From contig JBEKWR010000009.1 in assembly GCA_049512935.1 (NCBI GenBank), positions 1 to 64,000 of the forward strand: 64,000 nt of DNA, read 5' to 3'. Below, in pieces: positions 10,138 to 20,635 of this stretch (its first letter is position 1; every line of letters starts with the position of its first letter). The DNA comes from Candidatus Bathyarchaeia archaeon. Its GTDB lineage: Archaea; Thermoproteota; Bathyarchaeia; Bathyarchaeales; Bathycorpusculaceae. The position numbers and the translations under genes are program-made. The notes beneath the pieces are model-generated. The model had not been told where the DNA came from. It was given only the letters and a program-made list of their open reading frames with translations, and searched no databases.

Positions 10138-11448
10138 TTAGTTTATGTTGTTTATTGTTTGAGATGGTAATTTTTCATCGCTTGGTGCGTAGTGCAAACA
10201 GGAGACTAACCTGTCATTGTACTGGTACATTTTGGGCACTCGGCAATGTGTGAGCTCAAGCTCCACGCCCTCTGCAGATTCGCTTAGCTTATCTATCGCA
10301 GCAAGGCTCTTCGTCTGTTCCTTTTCCAAGCTTAGCAGTTCCTTGACTTTGCTCAAGTCGGCGTTTCTGATGATAACGTTACCGTTTGCGTTAGTGGAAA
10401 TGACAGGTTCTCCTTTGAACGCGTCTGGATACTTGTCCTCAATTAGGTACTTCAGGTCAGAAACTACTTCGTCAGCAGTCCAGCCGCAGATATTGAAGGA
10501 TACCGGGCACCTAGGGTGAAAAGAGCACCCTGCTGGCGGATCCACTAAGTTTGGGGTATCTCCCTTCAATATTATCTTTGTTCCCTTCACTAATTTTCCT
10601 GGAACAGCCGAGATAAGTGCCACATTATACGGGTGAACGGGATTTAGTATTACGTCATTCTTTAGCCCGCTTTCCACTATCTTGCCGGCATACATGACGT
10701 TTACCTGGTCGGCCATGTAGGAAATCACGGCTATGTTGTGTGTTATGAGGACCATTCCTATGTTATGATCCTTCCTTATCCTGCGCAAAAGTGCTAACAC
10801 TTGAGCCTGCACCGAAACGTCCAGCGCGCTCGTCGGCTCGTCTAACACCAAGAACTTTGGCAAGGTGGCTATTCCCCTAGCTAGAGCAACCCTCTGTCTT
10901 TGACCCCCGGAAAGTTCATGAGGGTACCTGTAGGCAAAATCTTTTGGAAGGCCAACTTCGTCCAAGAGATCCAGGCATCTTTTAACCGCCTCTTTTGACC
11001 GCATGTAACCCGTAGCTACTATGGGTTCCATTATGATGTCCAGGATGTTCAGCCGAGGATCTAATGAAGAATAGGGGTCCTGGAAGACAATGTTCGTTTC
11101 CTTTCTAATTTTCTTTTGTTTATCTCCCTTTCTGCTGAAGACAGAGTATTCTCTTTCAATGACAGCTGCCTTCTTCAACTCATTATTTGCCACATAATCA
11201 TCGTACTCTCGTAAGACATCGTCAGGTAAATCAAACAATACGTGACCAGCGGTCGGCTTTAGGAGACCTAAGAGCATCCTTCCAAGTGTGGTTTTCCCTG
11301 AGCCGCTCTCCCCAACTAAGCCTACAACTTCGCCTTCTCTCACTTGAATATCCACGCCGTCAACGGCTTTAAGCATAGGCGGTTTCCCGAATGTGCTGCC
11401 GCCTTTGATCGGGAAATGTTTAACCAGTTGCCGTGTTGCTATCAGCAT
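10138..11448 (-). CDS. oppF: Oligopeptide/dipeptide ABC transporter ATP-binding subunit (OppF/DppF)
   Basis: GESGSGKTT, FQDP, YPHELSGGQRQR, LDEPTSALD, HPY, CSFHPRC. Confidence 0.92.
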   Translation of the reverse strand: MLIATRQLVKHFPIKGGSTFGKPPMLKAVDGVDIQVREGEVVGLVGESGSGKTTLGRMLLGLLKPTAGHVLFDLPDDVLREYDDYVANNELKKAAVIEREYSVFSRKGDKQKKIRKETNIVFQDPYSSLDPRLNILDIIMEPIVATGYMRSKEAVKRCLDLLDEVGLPKDFAYRYPHELSGGQRQRVALARGIATLPKFLVLDEPTSALDVSVQAQVLALLRRIRKDHNIGMVLITHNIAVISYMADQVNVMYAGKIVESGLKNDVILNPVHPYNVALISAVPGKLVKGTKIILKGDTPNLVDPPAGCSFHPRCPVSFNICGWTADEVVSDLKYLIEDKYPDAFKGEPVISTNANGNVIIRNADLSKVKELLSLEKEQTKSLAAIDKLSESAEGVELELTHCRVPKMYQYNDRLVSCLHYAPSDEKLPSQTINNIN

Positions 11449-12806
11449 TTTTCATCACCTTTAGGGAAGCAGGAGACAAAATGCCCCTCTTCGACCTCCA
11501 ACATTTCTGGCGTCATAGTTTTGCAATTATCTGTCGCGTCTGGGCACCTAGGGTGGAAAGAACAGCCTGTTGGCACGTTTCTCATGTCTGGGACAGCGCC
11601 TCCTATGCCTTGGATTTCGTTTCCGTCAATTCGGGGGATGGCTTTTGTGAGCATCTTCGTGTATGGATGCAGGGGGTTCTTGAAGACCACGTCTGTAGGC
11701 GCTACCTCGACCATTCTGCCAGCGTACATAATCCCGATCCTATCGCACACCTCAGCTAAGACGGAAAGGTCATGGGATATGAAAATAAATGAGGTGTTGA
11801 ACCTGTGTTTAAGGTGCCTTGTAAGCTCGAGTATTTGAGCCTGAACGGTCACGTCAAGCGCACTGGTCGGCTCATCCAATATGACCAGTTCCGGGTTGTT
11901 CGCGAGTGCGATGGCTATCACTATCCTCTGCCTCATGCCGCCTGACAACTCATGAGGATACATCCTTACAACTTTATCTGCGTTAGGAACCTCAAGCATG
12001 GAGAGAAGTTCGATTGCCTTTGTATACCCTTCCCTTAACAGGACGTTCTTAGCTGCCCTGTTTATTCCCGGGATTCTCATCCAGCCGCCGATGTTTTTTC
12101 CTTTTTCTACACGTTGCAGAACCATCTTTTCAAATGATCCCAACTTATCCGAGTGGAGCGACATGATGATCTTCTCTTTCTTAGCCTCCCCCAGATCGTT
12201 TCTCCTCCACACACCAAGGGCTTGATCCTCAATTCCGTGCAGCCCCTTCGATTCAGCGTATTTGTTAATTGCTGCTTCGTCTCCCCCTTCCTTCAGCAGC
12301 TTCAATATCTGTCCAAGGTCATCTTTGGTTGCCCTTACCCTGGCAAGCTTCCTCTGCGCGAGCGATTTTGACTGATGAGTAATCACAGTCTCGGCTACCT
12401 GAAAACCGATCTGAAGAACAGGGTTAAGACTCGTCATCGGGTCTTGGAAGACCATGGAAAGCCTACTTCCTCTTATGGCGCACGAGTCTCTGTTTAGCTT
12501 TTTCATGGCCTCCTCGCTTTGTTTCAAGTTAAACTTGCCTGTTTTGTCTGTGGTAACTTTCCTAAGAGAAGCCACCAAGTCTCCCTGGCCAAGGAGTATA
12601 ACTTGCCCATCCGTGACCGCAGCGTTCCTAGGAAGAAGACCCATTATTGTTAGCCCTAGTGTAGTCTTGCCGCATCCGCTTTCCCCTGCTACTCCGAATA
12701 TTTCACCCTGCTTTAAGTTAAGATCCACCCCGTTAAGGGCCTTGTATATTCCTCTCCGCGTGTAGAACTGTACTTTTAAATCCGAAACCGTTAACGTGTA
12801 ATCCAA
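11442..12806 (-). CDS. oppD: Oligopeptide/dipeptide ABC transporter ATP-binding subunit (OppD/DppD)
   Basis: GESGCGKTT, FQDPMTSLNP, LSGGMRQR, DEPTSALD, CSFHPRC..C...C. Confidence 0.92.
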   Translation of the reverse strand: MDYTLTVSDLKVQFYTRRGIYKALNGVDLNLKQGEIFGVAGESGCGKTTLGLTIMGLLPRNAAVTDGQVILLGQGDLVASLRKVTTDKTGKFNLKQSEEAMKKLNRDSCAIRGSRLSMVFQDPMTSLNPVLQIGFQVAETVITHQSKSLAQRKLARVRATKDDLGQILKLLKEGGDEAAINKYAESKGLHGIEDQALGVWRRNDLGEAKKEKIIMSLHSDKLGSFEKMVLQRVEKGKNIGGWMRIPGINRAAKNVLLREGYTKAIELLSMLEVPNADKVVRMYPHELSGGMRQRIVIAIALANNPELVILDEPTSALDVTVQAQILELTRHLKHRFNTSFIFISHDLSVLAEVCDRIGIMYAGRMVEVAPTDVVFKNPLHPYTKMLTKAIPRIDGNEIQGIGGAVPDMRNVPTGCSFHPRCPDATDNCKTMTPEMLEVEEGHFVSCFPKGDEKC

Positions 12807-12807
12807 A

Positions 12808-13698
12808 TCAGCTTCTCCTCCTGGGGTCCAGAACGTCCCTTAGCCCATCGCCGACTAGGTTGACTGCCAGAGCAAATAAGGTGATAGCCACACCAGGGAA
12901 AATGACCGCCCAAGGAGCGGTCTGAACATAGCCGAGCCCAATGCTTGTTAAGTAACCAAGCTCTGGCACGCTTGCGTTCGAGATGAAACCTATGAAGGCA
13001 AGCGTGGAGAAGATAACCATTATCGATCCCAAGTCCAAAGATATCTGAATAAATACGGGAGGCAGCGAGTTTGGAAGTATATGTTTATACATGATCTTAA
13101 GTCTGCTGACTCCTGAGGCTTTGGCGGCTTCAACGAAGGTAAACTCTTTAGTGCTTAGCGTTTGACTCCTTGTGTACCTCGCATACAGAGGCCACCACAC
13201 TATGGCAAGGGCGAGGGACATGTTAAGCAGGCTTCTTCCCAAGACAAAGCCGACCGCCAACGCAAGTACAAGATAGGGTATGCTAAAGAAAATGTCGGTT
13301 ATCCTCATCACGATTTCATCCATCAGGCCACCGACAGTAGCTGAGATAACACCTATTATGGATCCGATTGCCGCACCTATAGCCACAACCAGGACTGAAT
13401 AGAACAGGTCTACCCTTATCGCCTTAATTATGCTACTGAATAGATCTATCCCGGGGTAGGTTGTGCCAAACAGGTGCGCCAACGAAGGTGGCGAAGGTGC
13501 TGGGTTGAAAAAGTTCGGAACAAGCGTACCAACACTGGTGATGCCGATGAGCTGTGGATACACCTGATCAATCACTCCGATTACTACGTATACCATGACT
13601 ATGACAAGACCGACGACCGCAGCCTTATTCGCAAAAAAGACCGACAGCGACAGCTTAGTATTTTCCCATTTTCTAGCTCTTAGCTCTGCTTCAGACAT
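12808..13698 (-). CDS. oppC: Peptide ABC transporter permease (OppC/DppC)
   Basis: HLFGT, EAAKASG (EAA loop), KHILPN, NLVGDGLRDVLDPR. Confidence 0.92.
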   Translation of the reverse strand: MSEAELRARKWENTKLSLSVFFANKAAVVGLVIVMVYVVIGVIDQVYPQLIGITSVGTLVPNFFNPAPSPPSLAHLFGTTYPGIDLFSSIIKAIRVDLFYSVLVVAIGAAIGSIIGVISATVGGLMDEIVMRITDIFFSIPYLVLALAVGFVLGRSLLNMSLALAIVWWPLYARYTRSQTLSTKEFTFVEAAKASGVSRLKIMYKHILPNSLPPVFIQISLDLGSIMVIFSTLAFIGFISNASVPELGYLTSIGLGYVQTAPWAVIFPGVAITLFALAVNLVGDGLRDVLDPRRRS

Positions 13699-13709
13699 CT
13701 TTTTGCTTC

Positions 13710-14765
13710 CTAATATCTTATCCTTGGATCAATGAACGCATATACTAGGTCTACTATCAGGTTGGCAGCCACAAGAATCAAACCGAAGAGCAACGCAGAG
13801 GCCATGATGCCTCCGACATCGCTGACGAGAAGAGCCTGCGTAGTCCAGTATCCTATTCCTGGGTAATCAAATATAGTCTCTACCACCACAGCTCCGCCGA
13901 GGAGACCAGCCACGGTATAGCCGAAAAGTGTAACTACTGGCAGTAGCGCGTTCTTGCGCGCGTGAAGGTTAATTACCGATCGTTCAGACGTACCTTTTGA
14001 CCTTGCCAGCCTAATGTAATCTTGATCTAATACTTCGAGCATTGAAGACCTCAGTATCCTGATCATGCTTGCAACTATGGCCAGTGCGAGCGTGACCGAG
14101 GGCAGGATAAGGTGTAAGAACGCATCGCCAGCTACATTCCATGCGCCATGGATAATCGCGTCTATGAGAATTATGTGCGTGGGGTATGAGATTCCGTTGA
14201 CATACCATGGCAGAGCTGAAACTAGGACAGGGTTTACGACGCCTGAGAACGGAAGTATTCTTAGGTAAACGCCTACCAGAATGATCAGGACTACGCCTAT
14301 GAGGTATATAGGCATTGCATACAGGGTGAAGGATCCGACGCGTAGCGTGTGGTCCCCCGGGGAATCCCTATTGACAGCGGAGTAAACGCCTAAAGGAACG
14401 CCTATCACCCATATCAGGATAGACGCTACTACTGATATCATAATTGTGTTCGGAAGGAAGAGCGCTATGGCCGTGGTTACTTGACCGCTGAATATAGGCG
14501 TGTTAGTAATGCCCCAATTGCCTTGCAGCATCTGGTATAGCCAGTAAAAATATTGAACATAGATTGGCTGGTTAAGGTGGAATTCATTTGTCAGCTTTTG
14601 AACAAGCAATGTCCTTGCAATCCCAGTCAGTCTGGGGTTGATATACTCGGATAATATGATGTTTGTTCCACTTACATGGGAAAGGATAAAAACTATGAAA
14701 GTAAGACCGATCAGAGTCGGAATAAGGAGCAGCAAACGCCTGACTACGTATACCCAAAGGCGCAT
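13710..14765 (-). CDS. oppB: Peptide ABC transporter permease (OppB/DppB)
   Basis: RRLLLLIPTL, DYIRLARSKG, HARKNALLPV, ETIFDYPGIG, DPRIRY. Confidence 0.92.
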   Translation of the reverse strand: MRLWVYVVRRLLLLIPTLIGLTFIVFILSHVSGTNIILSEYINPRLTGIARTLLVQKLTNEFHLNQPIYVQYFYWLYQMLQGNWGITNTPIFSGQVTTAIALFLPNTIMISVVASILIWVIGVPLGVYSAVNRDSPGDHTLRVGSFTLYAMPIYLIGVVLIILVGVYLRILPFSGVVNPVLVSALPWYVNGISYPTHIILIDAIIHGAWNVAGDAFLHLILPSVTLALAIVASMIRILRSSMLEVLDQDYIRLARSKGTSERSVINLHARKNALLPVVTLFGYTVAGLLGGAVVVETIFDYPGIGYWTTQALLVSDVGGIMASALLFGLILVAANLIVDLVYAFIDPRIRY

Positions 14766-14807
14766 AGATAAATCATCTCAGAAAAAAAGATGGAGCGCAC
14801 GAAGCGC

Positions 14808-17393
14808 TTATCCTTTAACCCACCAATAGTAAGTCGAGTCCAAGGCTCCGCCGATCAGCGGGTTTTGTTGAGATTGTATTCCATTGTATCCTGTCATGTA
14901 TGGCTTCACCATCCAGAATGCGTTTTCGTCAACCGTGTATATGTACAAGTACATGTTTATAGCGTCCTGTTCTGCCTGCTTGTAGAGTGGACCTGCAACT
15001 GACGCGCTGGTTGCGGCGTTTGCCTGCTGAAGCACCGTGTTAAGCTGCTGATACTGAGCTGCCTCTGATGCATATCCAGTTGAATTTAAGTAGCTAACCG
15101 TTAAGCCGTCTCCAGATGGATAGGTACCGCCTTGAAGATACAGGGCATTCATGTTGTCAGCCGCAGCTGGATAGTCAGATATCCATGCTAAAGAGTAAAT
15201 CGGCATAGGATCAGCGCCGGGCACTGTTTGACCTACCTCGGTTGAAAACGGTTGATATACCGGGGTAATAACTATGTTGGGGTCCATCTTGTTCACAGCA
15301 GCTGCAAGCATTTCGGCGGCAGCGTAGTTGACTGTATCACCTGATCCCACTATGAAAGGCATACTGACCTTCGTGTTGTATTGTCCTGATTGCTGCATAA
15401 GCTGCGTAGCTTGAGTTAGGTCGTAGTTTGGAACGTTCTGGAGCTGACTCGAGGGCACATAGTAAGGCAAGCCTTGGATGATTGCGCCTGCGTAGCTGCT
15501 TCCGAAGTTTTCGCCGTACACATTATTGCCCAATATCTCGTCTATGTAATTGGTGTAGTTGAAAGCGTAAGTGAAGGCCTCCCTCACATCGGTATTAGCG
15601 AAGTAGTTAGCAGGCACGTTGTAGCCGCTGCCGAACGTTGAATGCATCAAGTTTTCAGCAATGTTTTCGTTGAAGACATAGAACCCGCATGCCAAGGTTG
15701 GGAACGCATAGAGGGAACTCGTTCCAGCTGCTACCATACCCTTTATCAGCGGCATATAGGATGTTGGCAAGGCAGTAACGATGTCAGCTGATCCGCTTGT
15801 GTACAAGAGATACGCTGTTTCAGCGTCCTTGACCCACTGTATCGATATCTTATCAGTCACGGCTGGTATCCCTGGTACGCCCGTAAACCCAGTGTTCGGA
15901 GCTAAAACCACCGACTGACCTGGGACATAGCTCTGTATTTCGTATGGACCCGATGTAACAGGGTTCGTCTGCACTTGTGTGTTGTAGCTGCCCTCATTGG
16001 CCTGACTCTGGTAACTGTAGAAGCCTGCTGGCGTAAATGTAATGCCAGCGCCAACGCTCTGAAGCCAAGACGCATCCAATACTCCACACCCAAGTGAGTC
16101 AGCCACTGCGGTGAAAAATATTTGCGGAGTCGTGGGTGTAACGAGGCTAAATGTAACTGTGTTGGCACTTGCACTGTATGTGACTGCGTTCGTTATTGCG
16201 TTGTAATCATTCGTGTCAGTAGAGTTCTTCATTAATGAAACTCCTATGCTGGCTCCTGAAACCAAGTATTGAGCTAGGATCCAATCAGGCGTCCCTGGGG
16301 TTCCACCTTCGAATAACATGTTCCTGATCATCGAATAGTAGACGTCGTATGCGGTAATCGGATCACCGTTAGAGAACTTCAAGTCACTCCTTATGGTAAA
16401 CGTGTACATCGTATCAGCGCTGTTTATTCCGTTCCCAACTGTGGGAATCGATGCTGCTAGCATGGGTAAGAACGTGGTTGTTGATGATCCATCGTATACA
16501 AGAAGCGTACCCATAGTGTTGAGGATTACCTCGTAGCCAACGCTTTCGTAATCTATCTGCGGATCAAATGAGTACGGACCAGCCGCGACCATTTCAGCGA
16601 CGTTTATCACTCCTGGGTTAGGCACTTTACCAGCGTACACGTAAACCCCGTATGGCTGCGCAGAAGAACTCACCGCAATCGTGCGCTCAATGACGGTACT
16701 GTAAGTCTGCGAGGTAGCCGTATTTTCCGTTACTATCGTCAGCGTTACAGGGTAAAGACCCGCCTGAGTATACGTTGCATTAACAGGATTCACGTTTGGA
16801 TCCATTGTATTGCTGTTTGCCGCGACTGTTTCAGTGGCGCCGTTGCCGAAGTTCCAGACGTATTGGGATATAACGATGTTTGTGCCAGATGGTGCTTCAA
16901 GGTAACCGCCGCTAAAATATGCAGGCGTGTTCACCGCCACGACTGGCTCGTTTGGATTCAGCGTTGAATTCATTGCAATTACCGGGACTGATATCAACGG
17001 TGCATTGGCGGCACTTACCGATGGCGTTATCTGGATAGTTTCCATAGCGCTGTCCGTAGAAGATACTAAGGTGCTGCTGACCGTTTCCTCGACCGTCACT
17101 AAGTATGTTCCAGCATTTGCATAAGTGTGAGACGCCGTGGGTGAGCTAGCGGTGAGACCTGTGGCTGACTGACCATCTCCGAAGTAGAGTGTGGCTTTCG
17201 CGTCTGACCTCAAATTAAGCAAAGTGAAGCTGATGGCTGTTCCCTGCGTTGCCGTCTCCGACGTAGTGGTTACAGAAATTTGCTTCGTAGGCTTTGATGT
17301 TTGGACAAAAATTACTCCTGCTCCGATTGCTACTACAATAATAATCACAAGGATAATTGCCCATATTGTTCTCCCTAAAGCTCTATTAGACAT
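14808..17393 (-). CDS. oppA: Family-5 ABC substrate-binding protein with N-terminal TM anchor and two PKD domains
   Basis: YFGDG...HTY..AGTY.VT and WNFGNG...TY..AGLY.VTL (PKD); FDP, YTFTIRSDLKFSNGDPITAYDV and SGPY (SBP_bac_5). Confidence 0.88.
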   Translation of the reverse strand: MSNRALGRTIWAIILVIIIVVAIGAGVIFVQTSKPTKQISVTTTSETATQGTAISFTLLNLRSDAKATLYFGDGQSATGLTASSPTASHTYANAGTYLVTVEETVSSTLVSSTDSAMETIQITPSVSAANAPLISVPVIAMNSTLNPNEPVVAVNTPAYFSGGYLEAPSGTNIVISQYVWNFGNGATETVAANSNTMDPNVNPVNATYTQAGLYPVTLTIVTENTATSQTYSTVIERTIAVSSSAQPYGVYVYAGKVPNPGVINVAEMVAAGPYSFDPQIDYESVGYEVILNTMGTLLVYDGSSTTTFLPMLAASIPTVGNGINSADTMYTFTIRSDLKFSNGDPITAYDVYYSMIRNMLFEGGTPGTPDWILAQYLVSGASIGVSLMKNSTDTNDYNAITNAVTYSASANTVTFSLVTPTTPQIFFTAVADSLGCGVLDASWLQSVGAGITFTPAGFYSYQSQANEGSYNTQVQTNPVTSGPYEIQSYVPGQSVVLAPNTGFTGVPGIPAVTDKISIQWVKDAETAYLLYTSGSADIVTALPTSYMPLIKGMVAAGTSSLYAFPTLACGFYVFNENIAENLMHSTFGSGYNVPANYFANTDVREAFTYAFNYTNYIDEILGNNVYGENFGSSYAGAIIQGLPYYVPSSQLQNVPNYDLTQATQLMQQSGQYNTKVSMPFIVGSGDTVNYAAAEMLAAAVNKMDPNIVITPVYQPFSTEVGQTVPGADPMPIYSLAWISDYPAAADNMNALYLQGGTYPSGDGLTVSYLNSTGYASEAAQYQQLNTVLQQANAATSASVAGPLYKQAEQDAINMYLYIYTVDENAFWMVKPYMTGYNGIQSQQNPLIGGALDSTYYWWVKG

Positions 17394-17874
17394 ACCTCTC
17401 AATCTCCCCATCGTATTTTTTCATGAAAGTTATGTTGATTTTAGTCCTCAATATTCAGCCTTTTAATATTTAACATTTGCGATAAAAGGCGCAGCTCATC
17501 TTTCAATTGCCTCACTTTTAACCTGTTCTAGCACGCTAGGCGAAATTGCTATTTTTGACGTTATTTTTTCATGCAGCACTCATCTTTAGCCGAAAGATTT
17601 CACAGGAATGGTGTAAACCTTCTGAGAGCTTCTTACGACTCAAGCAGCCCTCAACACGCGCAAACTAATTTTAGACTTTAAAAAGGTCCTTGCGGGTGAA
17701 ATCTCCGCTCAGCGCAGGGTTCTAATTCCATTTTCTGTTGCTTTGCCCAGCTCTGCAATTTCTGCCGAGCCATTCCTAGGCGGGTTTGCAATATTTCACC
17801 AAGAAGGAAAGACATTTTGTGGTTTTGAAGAAGGAAGCGAGAATAGGCAAGGGTGTATCGCGATAGGCGAGCAG

Positions 17875-18756
17875 CTACATTTCTTCAACAGTATTTTCTA
17901 ATGTGCCGATGCCTTCAATTTCTATGCGAACCACATCGCCCGCGTTTAGCCACTTCGGCGGTTTCATTGCCATAGCTACGCCTGATGGTGTGCCTGTGGC
18001 GATGATGTCGCAGGGTTCAAGCGTCATGACTCGACTGAGATGGTGGATTATCTGGGCGATACTGAAAATCATGTCATGTGTGTTGCCGTTTTGGCGGAGT
18101 TCGCCGTTTACCCATGTCTTGATTCCGAGGTTGCCAGGATCAGGCAACTGGTTGCTCATGGTAATGCAGGGTCCTGTAGGCGCGAAAGTGTCAAAGCTTT
18201 TGCCGGGGGTCCACTGGCTGCCTCTGAACTGGAAGTCCCGAGCGGAGACATCGTTAAGAACGGTGTAGCCGAAAACGCAGTCCATCGCTTCTGAAACAGA
18301 GATGTCTTTGGCTTTCTTGCCTATGACTACGGCGAGTTCGCCTTCGTAGTCAAGTTCTTTGACAAAGGGTCGCTTGATGATTTTGTCGTTTGGTCCCGCT
18401 ATGGCCGTGCGGGGCTTCATGAAAATCACTGGTTCTTCCGGTCGTTTCTCCCGGGTTTCATTCACGTGGGTGGCAAAGTTTAGGCCTAGGCAGAGAATTT
18501 TGGGCGGTGAAGCGATTGGAGCCAGAAGTCTTGCCTCGTTTACTGGAATGGAAACGGCGTCAAGATCGCTGCTTTCCGCTTTCGTGAGCAATTCTTCTGC
18601 CGTTTTCTGAGCCGTTTGGTCCACGATGAAAGCCTCTATCTTGCTGGGTAAGTCTGTTTTGAGGCGCTTAGCAAGGGCGCCTAGGCATAGGAGTCTCTCG
18701 TTTTGCATGACACCGTAGCATTCCTTGCCTTTGTTTTGATATCGGGCTATTTTCAC
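17875..18756 (-). CDS. Fumarylacetoacetate hydrolase family protein
   Basis: KILCLGLNF..H, LDYEGEL, NDVSARD, GKSFDTFAPTGP, TGTPSGV. Confidence 0.92.
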   Translation of the reverse strand: MKIARYQNKGKECYGVMQNERLLCLGALAKRLKTDLPSKIEAFIVDQTAQKTAEELLTKAESSDLDAVSIPVNEARLLAPIASPPKILCLGLNFATHVNETREKRPEEPVIFMKPRTAIAGPNDKIIKRPFVKELDYEGELAVVIGKKAKDISVSEAMDCVFGYTVLNDVSARDFQFRGSQWTPGKSFDTFAPTGPCITMSNQLPDPGNLGIKTWVNGELRQNGNTHDMIFSIAQIIHHLSRVMTLEPCDIIATGTPSGVAMAMKPPKWLNAGDVVRIEIEGIGTLENTVEEM

Positions 18757-18979
18757 TTTTTTTCACCTGTCTTAGCGCGCGTTCGTTTTCGGGATGGTTT
18801 CTAAACCCACCTCTTAGACATCAGCGTTTACTGAGGTAAAAACCCTGCCTTTCTTTGCATACCTTAGCAAGTTATATTTGGTGCGCTTGTTACGGAATGA
18901 CGAAACAGAGTCCGTCCGCATGTGCAAGTGAAAGTTTATTTCCACGTTTATGGTAGTAACGAGAATTGAGGGGTTAAAA

Positions 18980-19483
18980 ATGTCAGAGACAGATTTGGTT
19001 TTTGAGATTGATCATCCGTATTTTATTATCAGGGTTACGAACGATATGTTGAAAATAGACGTGAAAGGAAACGTGAAGAACGAAATCGAGGAAGCACTTG
19101 AAAACGCTCCTGGTCTAAGGGAAACGATCGGTCGAATCTTGAACGTCTTTGTGCCGTTGCATATCCGCTTATCTGACATTGATTCTGTGAAGATGGAAAA
19201 AACGGGAGAAGTTAAAATAGCGTTGCCCCATCGCATAGTTGCAAATATTCCGCTCCGACCGGAAGAAGCGGAGAAGCTTGTTAGTAAGCTGAATCAGTTG
19301 ATTCCAGAAGCAAAGAAGAGGGTGATTGAACGCATATCAGAGAAACAGCGCGAGCGGGAAATTGTTGAAGAGGACATCGATATAAGAAAAGAATCTGCTC
19401 AATTTCCAGAATCTCCAGAGGAGATGCACCAAGAAGAAAAGGATATCGACGAGGAAATAGAGAGAGAAGAAAATCCGGATTAA
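18980..19483 (+). CDS. Hypothetical protein (PH-like beta region plus acidic tail)
   Basis: Long ORF with GAGGGG upstream of ATG 18980; no family recognised with confidence. Confidence 0.7.
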   Translation: MSETDLVFEIDHPYFIIRVTNDMLKIDVKGNVKNEIEEALENAPGLRETIGRILNVFVPLHIRLSDIDSVKMEKTGEVKIALPHRIVANIPLRPEEAEKLVSKLNQLIPEAKKRVIERISEKQREREIVEEDIDIRKESAQFPESPEEMHQEEKDIDEEIEREENPD

Positions 19484-19638
19484 GGGCTTTATCCTCTACA
19501 GGGAGCACGAATTTCTTGACTTCATGACGTACATTTTAAAGAGCGCTTCAGAGTTAAGCTGCACCAAGACCTCAATCGAAGACTTGAAAGTCAACGCAGC
19601 GCAATGTTTAGATAGCCTCAACTATTCAGGTTACAATA

Positions 19639-20250
19639 ATGTCACCAGCAAAATTTCCTAAAAGGAAATTCGTCTACGTCGATCCATCCAAATGCACTGG
19701 ATGCGGAATCTGCGAATACGCATGCATTCAAGAAAAAGGCGAATCTACTCCACTGCTGTCCAGAATCCGCGTTGTCCGCATGAAACCCCTCTTCAACTTT
19801 GCCTTGTCATGCAGAGCATGCGAAGACGCAAAATGCGTCACAGCTTGCCCCGAACAAGCACTCTCCCAAGAAGAAGCCACAGGCATCCTAATACGCAGCG
19901 ATGCGAAGTGTAAAGGTTGCGATTGGTGCGTTGTAGCCTGCGAACATGGCGGTATCTCAATTCACCCAGACACAGGCTTTTCAGTGGCATGCGACCTCTG
20001 CGGCGGTGAACCTCAATGTGTGGAATTCTGCCCTGAAGAAGCCTTAGAGACCGTAACTACTGATGAAGAAGCTGATAAACGCACGAGCGAAACCTTACAG
20101 AAGTTGCCCGAAGAAATCGAACGAATAACGGTCATAGTAAAAAACAAAGATTGGAAACCCGTTCTGGCTGAAGCTGAAGAACGAAGCAGAAAAGTCTCAG
20201 AGAAACTCGAAGCCCTCAGGGATAAAGCTGAAACCAAGAAAAAGAAATAA
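19639..20250 (+). CDS. 4Fe-4S dicluster electron-transfer protein (AOR small-subunit-like) with C-terminal helical extension
   Basis: CTGCGICEYAC, CRACEDAKCVTACP, CKGCDWCVVAC, CDLCGGEPQCVEFCP; paralog of 33795-34298. Confidence 0.88.
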   Translation: MSPAKFPKRKFVYVDPSKCTGCGICEYACIQEKGESTPLLSRIRVVRMKPLFNFALSCRACEDAKCVTACPEQALSQEEATGILIRSDAKCKGCDWCVVACEHGGISIHPDTGFSVACDLCGGEPQCVEFCPEEALETVTTDEEADKRTSETLQKLPEEIERITVIVKNKDWKPVLAEAEERSRKVSEKLEALRDKAETKKKK

Positions 20251-20367
20251 GCTTAAATCAAGCTTCTTTTGAAACCTGTGAATTTTTCGTTGGAAGTGCG
20301 TAGGCTTAAGAAGCAGTTTGGAAAAGCGTGTTTTTTTTTTTGGTTGCCTTTTTCTAGATATTTTTAA

Positions 20368-20635
20368 GTTGCGACTTTTGCTACGGATAAGTTGCGACTT
20401 TCGCGGGTGGCAGGTTGCGTTCCCTGTTGCTTTTTGGGTTTAGGCTTGGGTTCTGCTTTTTCGTTGCGACTTTGCTATGGGCGGGTTGCGACTTTCAATG
20501 TTGACTCCATGTAGGCGGCATTGTCAGTTATTGTCGGTTACGGGCGCAGAGCTTCTTCAAGGTCGGGTTCAGTTTTGCTCGGGTTCTGTTTTTCCAGTTT
20601 GGGAAACTTGAAGGATTTTTGCGGGTTGCAACTTT
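20368..20635. repeat. Direct repeats GTTGCGACTTT (x4) plus variant GTTGCAACTTT
   Basis: Copies start at 20368, 20391, 20463, 20485 and 20625 (variant). Confidence 0.85.

Noticed and set aside
17412-17874. Long intergenic region with a weak hairpin near 17688-17720
   Set aside because: No convincing ORF, repeat or RNA family; the pairing is within chance.
20368-20635. Repeats as a CRISPR array, or short minus-strand ORF MPPNPKVATR...
   Set aside because: Repeats are only 11 bp with irregular spacing and no cas genes; the ORF is short and unsupported.
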